From an uncultured delta proteobacterium (GTDB taxonomy: Bacteria; Desulfobacterota; Binatia; UBA9968), in the NCBI GenBank assembly GCA_963816145.1, contig CAWFJP010000014.1:544001-608000 (forward strand): a DNA stretch of 64,000 bases, read 5' to 3'. The translations under genes were made by a program, and so were the position numbers. The notes under the pieces are model-generated. The model ran no database searches and was not told the DNA's origin. It worked only from the letters and a program-made list of their open reading frames with translations. Of the stretch, positions 1 through 8,316 are shown in pieces; position 1 is the first letter of the stretch; each line of letters starts with the position of its first letter.

Positions 1-172
1 GTTCAACTTGACCGGCCTGCCGACCTTGTCGGTGCCCTGCGGTTTCTCGCAAAGCAATCTGCCCATCGCGCTGCAAATCGTCGGCAAGCCGTTCGATGAG
101 GTCACGGTGCTGCGCGCCGGCTATACCTATCAACAGCAGATGAAGTGGTACGAGAAACGGCCAGCGATATGA
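1..172 (+). CDS. Amidase (GatA-like amidase signature family), 3' end only
   Basis: Frame 2 reads FNLTGLPTLSVPCGFSQSNLPIALQIVGKPFDEVTVLRAGYTYQQ...*, the typical amidase C-terminus; stop TGA at 170-172. Confidence 0.85.
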   Translation, partial: FNLTGLPTLSVPCGFSQSNLPIALQIVGKPFDEVTVLRAGYTYQQQMKWYEKRPAI

Positions 173-180
173 TTTAAACA

Positions 181-211
181 CGTTCAAAGCGTTCAAGCCG
201 TTCAAATCGTT
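181..211 (+). repeat. Short periodic CGTTCAA intergenic repeat (9-nt period)
   Basis: cgttcaaagcgttcaagccgttcaaatcgtt; related tracts at ~5672, 26690-26740, 28582-28611, 34421-34526 and 42001-42042 (reverse). Confidence 0.7.
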
Positions 212-395
212 TTATTTTATATATTTTTTTTATTTTTTTAATATATAACTTATTAATATGTTTTATTGTATAATATATAGTTAATTATAATATTTTAGTA
301 TAGTAATGATTTGAGTTTAAATTTTTTGTACTGCGAAGTAATTAATAGGTATTGATGAAAACATATTGATATCTAGTTTTTACTTTATTTTTTCC
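211..395. other. Extremely AT-rich low-complexity segment
   Basis: About 24 G+C in 180 nt by hand count (~13% GC) within GC-rich surroundings. Confidence 0.9.
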
Positions 396-418
396 AAGAC
401 GTGCAAGGGGAAATTAAG

Positions 419-763
419 ATGGATATTCAACGGATCAATCCGCGCGAGTGGAATTGCAATGCGGCGGTGTTCGGCGACCTGGTGTTTTGCTCGGGCATGG
501 TCGCCGACGACAAGGCCCTCGACATGAAGGGGCAGACGGCCCAGGTGCTGAAAAAGATCGACGCCGTGTTGGCGCAAGCGGGCACCAATAAGTCGCGCAT
601 CTTGAGCGCGACCGTGTACATGCAGGACGCTGCGCTGAAAGACGCGATGAACGAGGCCTGGATGGCTTGGGTGGATCGCGCCAATTTGCCGACCCGGACC
701 GCCGTCGGCGCGGTGTTGACGCCCGGAACCATGGTCGAGATTACCGTCTGCGCGGCCAAGTAG
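419..763 (+). CDS. RidA/YjgF/UK114 family protein
   Basis: VFCSGMVA...QTAQVLKKID..L..AG...ILSATVYM...MNEAW..W....P.RT.V...VEITV.A; AAGGGG RBS before ATG 419. Confidence 0.9.
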   Translation: MDIQRINPREWNCNAAVFGDLVFCSGMVADDKALDMKGQTAQVLKKIDAVLAQAGTNKSRILSATVYMQDAALKDAMNEAWMAWVDRANLPTRTAVGAVLTPGTMVEITVCAAK

Positions 764-968
764 CTTCCTGCTATCGCCTGGGCGGGATTCCCCAGGCGGA
801 ACTGGTCCGATCTGGGCGAGGAGAATGGGGCTTATCCTGGGTCAGATGAGGCCCTAACCGCCCCTTGCTATTCGTTTTGCTTTGAAATAAAACCGGGCAC
901 CGAAATGTCGCTTTTTCTCCACTGGTGGCATTCAATGGCTGGGCGAAAAGTTTAAGGATTTTCAAAGG

Positions 969-1178
969 ATGAGTGCAATGGCCGAGCAACTTTTGACCCT
1001 CGAACAGGTGGCTGAATACTTGAACGTCGACAAGTTCACGGTTTACCGGCTGTTGGCGGACAAGGACCTACCGGCTTTCAAGGTGGGCAACCAGTGGCGC
1101 TTCAAACGCAAGATGATCGAGAACTGGCTGATTAAGAATTCCAGCGCCAATCGCAAGAATTCACCGCGCGATCATTAA
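969..1178 (+). CDS. Excisionase-like (HTH_17) DNA-binding protein
   Basis: LLTLEQVAEYLNV...TVYRL....LPAFKVGNQWRF motif. Confidence 0.88.
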   Translation: MSAMAEQLLTLEQVAEYLNVDKFTVYRLLADKDLPAFKVGNQWRFKRKMIENWLIKNSSANRKNSPRDH

Positions 1179-1226
1179 ATTCGAACCGTTTTCGCCTTCA
1201 CCTGTGGCGCCCGCGAAGGGTGCTTT

Positions 1227-1613
1227 TCACTCGGCTTCTCTACACACCGCTTCGACATTGTAACCGTCAGGATCGAGGACGAAGGCGCCGTAGTAATTGG
1301 CGCTGTACTGCGGCCGCGCTCCGGGTTTGCCATTGTCTTTGCCGCCGGCCGCCAACGCCGCCTCGTAGAACGCGTCGACTTTAGCTCGCTTGTTCACTTG
1401 AAATGCAATGTGAGTCGTAACCTTGCCGGGGTCGCCCTGGTAGATCCATAGATCGGCGCGCGGCGGCTCGCCAAAACCGGCGCTGGCCACGGGACGCGCC
1501 GGCGTCACGCCATACTCGCGGACCATCTGGTAGCCGAGCGGTGTGAGCGCGGCGGCATAGAACTGCTTACTGCGTTCGATATCGCTGACGACGAGGCCGA
1601 TATGGGCGATCAT
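1227..1613 (-). CDS. VOC/glyoxalase family protein
   Basis: HIGLVVSDIERSKQFY...HIAF...AALAAGGKDNGKPG.RPQY...YYGAFVLDPDGYNVEAVC. Confidence 0.92.
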   Translation of the reverse strand: MIAHIGLVVSDIERSKQFYAAALTPLGYQMVREYGVTPARPVASAGFGEPPRADLWIYQGDPGKVTTHIAFQVNKRAKVDAFYEAALAAGGKDNGKPGARPQYSANYYGAFVLDPDGYNVEAVCREAE

Positions 1614-1639
1614 GGGTCTTCCTCTCTAGAAATGATTCG

Positions 1640-1805
1640 GAGTCGGAGTATCTCCCGCCAAGGCGCAAAGACGCCAAGTTCGGAATCGTTGTCATTTCGA
1701 CCAACGGGAGAAATCTTCCTTAGATCCCTCGCCTTCGCTCGGGATGTTGGGCTTCGGCCCGTTACCTTTGCGGACTTGGCGTCTTTGCCGGAGATATTCC
1801 GAAAT
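1640..1805 (+). repeat. Composite REP-like palindromic element (copy 1)
   Basis: Outer inverted arms CGCCAAGGCGCAAAGACGCCAAG / CTTTGCGGACTTGGCGTCTTTGC enclose GTCATTTCGACC..GGGAGAAATCT...AGATCCCTCGCCTTCGCTCGGGATG; similar copies at 53495-53666 and 60090-60257. Confidence 0.75.
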
Positions 1806-1914
1806 GTGGTTGCCGCTCCGGCGCACTAAGTTTATTGCCGTGACATTCGGACGTCGAAAATAATTCTCTGTGATCTCGGTGCCCTCTGTGGTGAAAATTC
1901 TTCCCACTTTGCAA

Positions 1915-2909
1915 TTAGTAGCCGCTGGCGTGGATCTTTTGAATCAAGCTGTCGTCGATGATCGATTCGGGTTTGAGCGATTGAAGTTTGGGATTCGTAC
2001 GCATGAGGATGGAATAAATTTTTTTCACGCCTTCGGGCTTTGGCTTCAAGTCGTTGCTGTAGGCGTCGATATTAGCCATTGTAGCCGCTCTCGGCGTCCT
2101 CGACGCGGGGCAGCCGCAGCACTCGCACCATCGACTTGAGTACCGCCGCTTTGTTCTCCGGCTTCATGAAGAAGCGCATGGCGTCCAAGGTTCCTTGCAG
2201 CATCGACTCATAAAGCTTTTGCTCCTGACGAAAGGTGGCGCGGCGGGCGATCAACGATGAGCCGAGATAGGGAATCGGCGCTTTGGCGAGGTCGAGCAAG
2301 ACGGTGAAGCCTTTTTTCTTGAGCGGCGCGCTGAACGTCGGTCCCATCCATGATGCCTGCGCGCGGCCGGTTTCGAGCGCCTGAATGCGCGACGCCTGAT
2401 CGCCGAGGACGAGGAAGTTGATCTTGTCGCGGTCGGGATCGAGGCCCAAGTAATCCAACGCCAGCATATTATTGGCCCAACCGCCGCCGCCGATGCTTTG
2501 GATGGCAACGGTCTTACCGCGCAGCTCTTCAGCCTTTTTGATTTCTGGCCGGGTGATCAGGTCGCCCTCGGGTTTGTTGATGAGTGTTGCGATGGCAACG
2601 ACATCCACGCCGCCGGCAGCCACGTTCAAGACATTGTTCGAGCTGGTCAGAACCGCTGAGACGTCGCCGGAAACCAGCGCCGACATCGACAGCGGCCCGG
2701 TGCGCATGAAGATCACTTCGACGTTGAGCCCATGTTTGCGAAAAATCCCCTGGTCGACGCCGACCCAGAGCACCGCGGGGTTTTCTCCGGATGTGCCGTT
2801 GGCGACGCGGAAGGTGGTCAGCGTCTGGGCTGCCGCGAGGGATCGCGAGAAGAATCGTGATCAGAGAACGTGCACGATTAAAGGAAAAATCAGCGGCGGA
2901 CAGTTTCAT
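1915..2909 (-). CDS. NitT/TauT-type ABC substrate-binding protein (frameshifted, probably sequencing indels)
   Basis: ORF 2072-2773 (LWVGVDQGIFRKHGLNVEVIFM...) continues in another frame to ...IIDDSLIQKIHASGY* at 1915; signal peptide region lies in ORF 2529-2909. Confidence 0.8.
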
Positions 2910-3074
2910 GCGTCAATAAGTCTCCTAAATTTGTACTCTCGCCCAGTCTGCTGGGAGAGAGGGGGAAAGTGTTATGTAGGGCAGCTTATCGGTTAGTAAC
3001 AAAGGGCGGGTCTATTCCCCGCCCTTCGAAGTCTTGCCGTCTTCGTGAACGTAATTCGACGGCCGAGTCGGTGC

Positions 3075-4166
3075 TTAGTTCGCCGGCAATCCGTAAAACC
3101 GCTCCGCGTTGCGGTAGCGAACCCCGTCTTTGTCTTCTTTCGTCAGCCGCGGGTTTTCGTCCAGCTCTTCGAGTTCTTCCTTGCAAGTTTCGTTATTGAC
3201 CTCGTGCGGGAAGTCGGACGAGAACACAAACGGTTTGTTGCCGACGACGCTGACGGCGAACGGCAGGGTCAGCTCGTCGCCCTCGACGCCGACGAAGATG
3301 CGGTCTTCGTCGATATGGCGCTTGATATATCCGGTAATCGACTCCTTGTCGCGCAGCTTCAAGAAGCGGCCGCGCGGGTCGTGTTGAATGTGACTGTTCC
3401 AGGCGCGCTCGAAGCGCTCGATGCAGCCCATGAACCAGCCGCAACCAGCCTCCATGAAACCGAAGCGGACATTGGGGTAGCGATCGAACACGCCGCCAAA
3501 CAGGATGCCGCCGAAGTTGACCATCTGGCCGAAGGGATGGCCGAGCGCGTTGACCGGCGCGTACGGCGTCATGTCGTCTAAGCCCATATTGTCATGGACG
3601 CCGCCGTGGATGCCGATGCAGCAGCCGAGACGGTTGGCCTCTTCGTAGATCGGCCAATACTTGTCGTCGCCGAGATGGTTCTGCGCCCCGGCGACACCGG
3701 TGCTGGGCAGCATGGCGCCGCAAAAGCCCAGTTCTTTGACGCTACGGCGCAACTCCTTCACTGCTTCGGGCGGTTCCTGCAGCGGGATCAGACTCAAAGC
3801 CTGAAAGCGCGAGCTTTTGCTTAGGTATTCGTCGTGCATCCAGTCGTTATAGGCCTTGGCCAATTCGATCGCCCAGTCGAGGCTAACGACGCGGCCGAAG
3901 GACAAACCGTTGGTCGGGTAGAGCACCGTGCTGGTCAAACCGACATCTTCCATGAATTCGATCCAGCCGTCGCGGCCGACCTTGGCGAAGGCGCCCTCCG
4001 GTAAGGTGTGCGCGTTGGCGGCATGCAAATGGTCGTTGGGCGGATAGGGACCGCGCGCCGAGCCGAAGCGTTCACGGTAAATCGCCGGCATGCGTGCCGC
4101 GATCTCGCTGTGAGCTTCGACAACATGGCCATCGCCGTCGATGATTTTGTGTTTTTTGTTAGTCAT
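3075..4166 (-). CDS. Amidohydrolase_2 family protein
   Basis: IIDGDGHVVE, HGG, FMEAG, FSSDFPH and NAERFY motifs. Confidence 0.92.
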   Translation of the reverse strand: MTNKKHKIIDGDGHVVEAHSEIAARMPAIYRERFGSARGPYPPNDHLHAANAHTLPEGAFAKVGRDGWIEFMEDVGLTSTVLYPTNGLSFGRVVSLDWAIELAKAYNDWMHDEYLSKSSRFQALSLIPLQEPPEAVKELRRSVKELGFCGAMLPSTGVAGAQNHLGDDKYWPIYEEANRLGCCIGIHGGVHDNMGLDDMTPYAPVNALGHPFGQMVNFGGILFGGVFDRYPNVRFGFMEAGCGWFMGCIERFERAWNSHIQHDPRGRFLKLRDKESITGYIKRHIDEDRIFVGVEGDELTLPFAVSVVGNKPFVFSSDFPHEVNNETCKEELEELDENPRLTKEDKDGVRYRNAERFYGLPAN

Positions 4167-4201
4167 GGTTTTGCTCCTAAAGGCTCTTACCTGTCCTTAT
4201 C

Positions 4202-4275
4202 TGTCATTCCGAGGAGTCAAGCGACGAGGAATCTCGTCTTAGCGGTCGAGATCCCTCACTTCGTTCAGGATGACC
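4202..4275 (+). repeat. REP-like palindrome (GTCATTCCGAG family)
   Basis: tgtcattcgaggagtcaagcgacgaggaatctc...gagatccctcacttcgttcaggatgac. Confidence 0.7.
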
Positions 4276-4292
4276 CACTCGTAACGAGAGGG

Positions 4293-5381
4293 TCAATTTG
4301 CAAGTTGATAAAACCGCTTCGAGTTGCCGAACAGGATCGCGTCCTTGTCGACCTGTTTGAGGTTGGGATTCTCGCGCAACTCTTGGAGTTCGTGCTTGCA
4401 GGTCTCGGCATCGACTTCATGAGGATAGTCAGTGGAGAACAGGTATGGCTTGTTGCCGGTAATGCGCACGGCCTCGGCGATGCTCAGCTCTTCGCCTTCG
4501 CAGCCGACGAAGATGCGTCCCTCGTCTATGTGGCGGTTGATATAGTCCTTGATCTTCTCGCCTTTCTTGAGCTGGAGAAATCGGCCGCGGGGATCGTGCT
4601 GCACGTGGCTCTGCCAGGAGCCGTTGAAGCGCTCCATGCAGGTGAGCAGCCAAGCCGTTCCCGCTTCCATAAAGCCAATGCGCAGGCCGGGGAACTTGTC
4701 GAAGACGCCGTTGAAGATAATGCCGGCGAAAGCGATCATCTGGCTCATCGGATGGCCCAGCGCGTTGGGCACGGCGTAAGGGCTCATGTCGTCCATCAAT
4801 AAATTTTCATGGGCGCCGCCGTGGATGGCGATGGCGCAGCCCAAGCGTTCGGCCTCGCCGTAGATCGGCCAATATTTCTGCGAGCCCAAGTGCGGCATGT
4901 TGACGCCCATGGACGGCAGCATGGCGCCGGAGAAGCCGAGATCGCGAACCATGCGCCGCAGCTCGATGACCGCTTCCGCCGGCTCTTGCAGCGGGATCAA
5001 GCCCATCGCCTTGAAGCGCGGGCTCTTCGATAGATAGGTGTCGTGCAGCCAGTTGTTGTAGGCGCGGGCGAGTTCGATGGCCCAGTCGCGGCTGACGATC
5101 TTGCCGAAGGCGAGACCGGCGCTGGTGTAGAGCACGGTGGTGCCGATGCCGACATCTTCAAGAAACAGTTCCCAGCCCTCGCGGCCGACGTTGGCGAAGG
5201 CGCCGGCAGGCGTGATGTGACGGTTCGCCGAGTGCAGATGATCGATGGGCGGAAACGGGTTCTTGCCGCGCGCTTCGGAAAAACTCCTGGCGATATATTC
5301 CTGCGGCATGTACTTGGTGATCGACGCGATGTCCTCGACCACATGGCCGTCGCCGTCGATGATTTTCTGTTCGGTGCTCAT
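4293..5381 (-). CDS. Amidohydrolase_2 family protein (tandem paralog)
   Basis: IIDGDGHVVE...FMEAG...FSTDYPHE; clearly similar along its length to 3075-4166. Confidence 0.92.
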   Translation of the reverse strand: MSTEQKIIDGDGHVVEDIASITKYMPQEYIARSFSEARGKNPFPPIDHLHSANRHITPAGAFANVGREGWELFLEDVGIGTTVLYTSAGLAFGKIVSRDWAIELARAYNNWLHDTYLSKSPRFKAMGLIPLQEPAEAVIELRRMVRDLGFSGAMLPSMGVNMPHLGSQKYWPIYGEAERLGCAIAIHGGAHENLLMDDMSPYAVPNALGHPMSQMIAFAGIIFNGVFDKFPGLRIGFMEAGTAWLLTCMERFNGSWQSHVQHDPRGRFLQLKKGEKIKDYINRHIDEGRIFVGCEGEELSIAEAVRITGNKPYLFSTDYPHEVDAETCKHELQELRENPNLKQVDKDAILFGNSKRFYQLAN

Positions 5382-5477
5382 GATCTCTCCCTATGATTGG
5401 GTTTGCCTCGATGCCCTGTTTTATACTGAAAAAGGGGCGAAGGTCCAGAAGGTAAATCAGGGGGTGGCCCTTGGTTC

Positions 5478-5550
5478 GACGAGATCCCTCTCTTCGTTCG
5501 GGATGACGCCTACCCAAGAATTGTCATTTCGAGCGCAGCGAGAAATCTAT
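5478..5550. repeat. REP-like palindromes
   Basis: agatccctctcttcgttcgggatgac and tgtcatttcgagcgcagcgagaaatct. Confidence 0.65.
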
Positions 5551-5627
5551 TCGACTTCGATCGCAAGAGTGCTGTGAAAGTGAAGCACGGCCAAACTGGC
5601 GTGATCAACCTTCTGTGCGCAGCCAGT

Positions 5628-5665
5628 GAAAAAGAAGCCCCTCGGCTCGAACCGAGAGGCCTCCT
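5628..5665 (-). terminator. Probable intrinsic terminator of the aldolase gene
   Basis: GCCTCTCGG-loop-CCGAGGGGC hairpin followed by TTCTTTTT on the minus strand. Confidence 0.55.
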
Positions 5666-5694
5666 GTCTTACCTTGAACCTTGAACGAAAGAGC

Positions 5695-6669
5695 CTAGGC
5701 GCTCTTGCGCGCGGGCTCTTTCGCCAGCGGGTATTTTGCACAGAGCGTCTTCCAATACGCCGCGATCTTCTTGCTGTTGTCTTTGACTTCATCCGGCACG
5801 ATTCTCCAGGGCGCGCGCAGCGGACCGGCGGTGCAGTAGTCGGCCTCGTTGACGGCGAGTTTGAAGACGTTTTCGCGCCAGACCAGATTGCCGATGTTCG
5901 GCCCGACGCGATTGACGCCTTCGAGATCAAGACAGATCTGCTTGGCGAGTTCCCAGTTCTGCGCAAAGCAGGCATCGCGCAGGGTGATCACCGGTGACGG
6001 CCCCATCCAGACGTTGAACGACCAGCAGCCGGCCGCGCCCATTTGATAGTACGGATACATCTGCGTCTGGTTGACGAAAAGGCTCATCTTGCCCTTGGTG
6101 ATGTTGGTCAACTCGACGAACTGCAGCGGGGTGCGGTGGCTGTCCTTCATGGCGACGATGTTGGGTTTCTCGGTGAGTTTCTTAAAGGCACTGACCGGAA
6201 TCGTCACGCGATGATGCGTCGGGTTGTGGTAGATCATCACGCCCAGTTTCGGCAGCGCATCGGCGACATCGTGATAAAACTGCACCGCGTTATCGACGCT
6301 CGCTTGATAATAGAAGGGCACACCGAGCAACACGCCATCGGCGCCGGCGTCCTGGGCAAACTTCGCCTGGCGAATCGCTTCGCGCGGATTTAAATTCGTA
6401 CAGCCGATAAACAGCGGCACGCGCTTCTTGTTCGCCGCGACGGTCGCTTCGATCAACTTCTTATGCTCGTCCCACAAGAGCGTATGAAACTCGCCGAAGC
6501 TGCCGGTGGTGGTCAGAACATTACAGCCGCCGTCCGTGATAATTTTGTCGACCGTGCGCGTCAGTTCGTCGGTATCGACCGTATCCGTCGCATCAATTCG
6601 ATCTCCATCCTTCTTGGTAAACGCCGGCATCATGGTCATGATGCCCTTAAGATCGTTGGAAGTGATCAT
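5695..6669 (-). CDS. DapA-like (NAL superfamily) hydratase-aldolase, NahE/PhdJ-like
   Basis: TTGSFGEFHTLLWDE (cf. NahE GTFGE), IYHNP, Schiff-base K in MKDSH, C-terminal GPLRAPW. Confidence 0.82.
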   Translation of the reverse strand: MITSNDLKGIMTMMPAFTKKDGDRIDATDTVDTDELTRTVDKIITDGGCNVLTTTGSFGEFHTLLWDEHKKLIEATVAANKKRVPLFIGCTNLNPREAIRQAKFAQDAGADGVLLGVPFYYQASVDNAVQFYHDVADALPKLGVMIYHNPTHHRVTIPVSAFKKLTEKPNIVAMKDSHRTPLQFVELTNITKGKMSLFVNQTQMYPYYQMGAAGCWSFNVWMGPSPVITLRDACFAQNWELAKQICLDLEGVNRVGPNIGNLVWRENVFKLAVNEADYCTAGPLRAPWRIVPDEVKDNSKKIAAYWKTLCAKYPLAKEPARKSA

Positions 6670-6778
6670 GAAATTCTCCTTGAGTATATTTTTGCGGATT
6701 CTCTAATAGGCGGGGTGAGGAGTCAAGGCGGCGCGACGCGATTGGCGGCAGAAGGTGCTTCTTTTTACAACGCGCCAT
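6451..6778. repeat. Diverged direct repeat, copy A (aldolase 5' part + divergent promoter region)
   Basis: Aligns with 10761-11089 at an offset of ~4310; high identity in the coding part, weaker but recognisable in the intergenic part. Confidence 0.9.
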
Positions 6779-6962
6779 TTTTAACACGCACGGTGACTGT
6801 CAACGATCCAGTCGCCATTCGTTGGGCAAACAATTTTGCAAAATCATAAGCGGCGCTGGGCAGCCGGTTACAGAGCGACTGCTGACGAATTCCGCGTCCG
6901 ACGGCAGGTTTGTGGCAACGACGCGCCCGCGGAGATACGGCACAAGACCAGAAAGCGCGCGA

Positions 6963-8294
6963 CTAGCTTTGCGACCCCTCAGGTTTTGGCGCGCATACCG
7001 GTCCTGCGTTTTCTTGGCCTGTCTTGTCTTCATTGAGAGGAAAGTTGTTTGACAGCAACCGCCCCTGCATTGCCGCCACCTCATCGAGAGACGACAACAC
7101 TTCTTTGAACGCAGCCTCGGGCGTGATTGCCATCAAGCAGCGATTTTCCTGGCAAGGCGATTTTTTGCCATTGTAGACAGAAACGCACGGGCTGCAGGCA
7201 AAATGGCTGTACATGTCTTTGTGTTTGTCGCCGATCGGGCTATAGAGGCGCGGTGTTTCCGGCCCGAAGAATACCAACGTCGGCAAACGCAATAGAGAAG
7301 CGAAATGAGCCGGACCGCTGTCATTTGTTACCATAACCGCCGCCAATGAATAGAGCGCGAGCAGTTCACGAAAGTTTGTCATGCCCGTGAAATCGACGCA
7401 GCGCGAACTCTGAACTCGTTCGAGGATATATTTGGCGTCCTCTTTCTCTGATGAAACGCCCGTGATGACCAGCGCGCAACGAGGGATTTTCTCTAAGAGC
7501 TGACAACATAGTTGGCCGTAATTCTTGAGCGGCCATTTTCTCAGTGGAAATATGTCCGATGAGTTAGGGTTTATTAGTATGACAATGCTGCTATCCGGTT
7601 CTATGCCGGCTGATCGCAGCTTATGACGGACGCTCGTCAGGTCGGCGGCTTCCGGTATATGCTGCAGACCGGTTAATTCTCTTGGGTTTACTGAACCACG
7701 GTAATAAGGCTCGTCGTTCGGCTTTTGGAACAAGCTTCTTACAAGCGACGTAAAGGCCGCGCTAGTGTGGATGTGGGGTGAATAGAGCACTCGGTGCGTA
7801 AGGAGATCGCCACGGTATAGACCCTCGTCGTTATAGCGGTGAAATCCGACGCGGTTGCCTCGGCAAGCAACAAAGCTGATCAACATCGTCAACCGGCTAA
7901 AAAAATCCATGTCGATCGTGCTGTCGATCCGCTCTTTGAAAAGTCGCTGCATTGCTTGCAAGCCGCTCTGCATCAATGTCCCAAGCGTGCGATGATCGAC
8001 CCTGATGATATTTTCGCTCGGCGCAAGCTTTAGGATTTCCATGATGGCCGCGTTTTTCGCAAAAACCAAGAAATAAAACTTAACATCCGGACAACGACGC
8101 TTAAGCTCTGCCAACGCCGGGTACGCCAACACCGTGCTGCCCATTTCCGAGAGCTTGATAATTAAAACCTTCTGCGGCTTGGGCAGAACCGGGTTCGGGC
8201 GGATAATAGAGTCGATGCGACGGATGAATGAAAAGATCCAACATAGCGGGATCCCGAGGTAACGGTCGATCCATCTCAGCGTGTCAATCTGCAT
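6963..8294 (-). CDS. Glycosyltransferase family 9 (heptosyltransferase-like)
   Basis: KVLIIKLSEMGS, KWP, VTNDSGPAHFA and FFGPETP motifs; probable start MQIDTLRWID at 8294. Confidence 0.9.
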   Translation of the reverse strand: MQIDTLRWIDRYLGIPLCWIFSFIRRIDSIIRPNPVLPKPQKVLIIKLSEMGSTVLAYPALAELKRRCPDVKFYFLVFAKNAAIMEILKLAPSENIIRVDHRTLGTLMQSGLQAMQRLFKERIDSTIDMDFFSRLTMLISFVACRGNRVGFHRYNDEGLYRGDLLTHRVLYSPHIHTSAAFTSLVRSLFQKPNDEPYYRGSVNPRELTGLQHIPEAADLTSVRHKLRSAGIEPDSSIVILINPNSSDIFPLRKWPLKNYGQLCCQLLEKIPRCALVITGVSSEKEDAKYILERVQSSRCVDFTGMTNFRELLALYSLAAVMVTNDSGPAHFASLLRLPTLVFFGPETPRLYSPIGDKHKDMYSHFACSPCVSVYNGKKSPCQENRCLMAITPEAAFKEVLSSLDEVAAMQGRLLSNNFPLNEDKTGQENAGPVCAPKPEGSQS

Positions 8295-8316
8295 GAAGTT
8301 ATACCTTCGCCGCCGG

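Noticed and set aside
969-1178. Excisionase as a prophage/ICE marker
   Set aside because: No integrase, att site or phage genes nearby; standalone HTH_17 regulators are common
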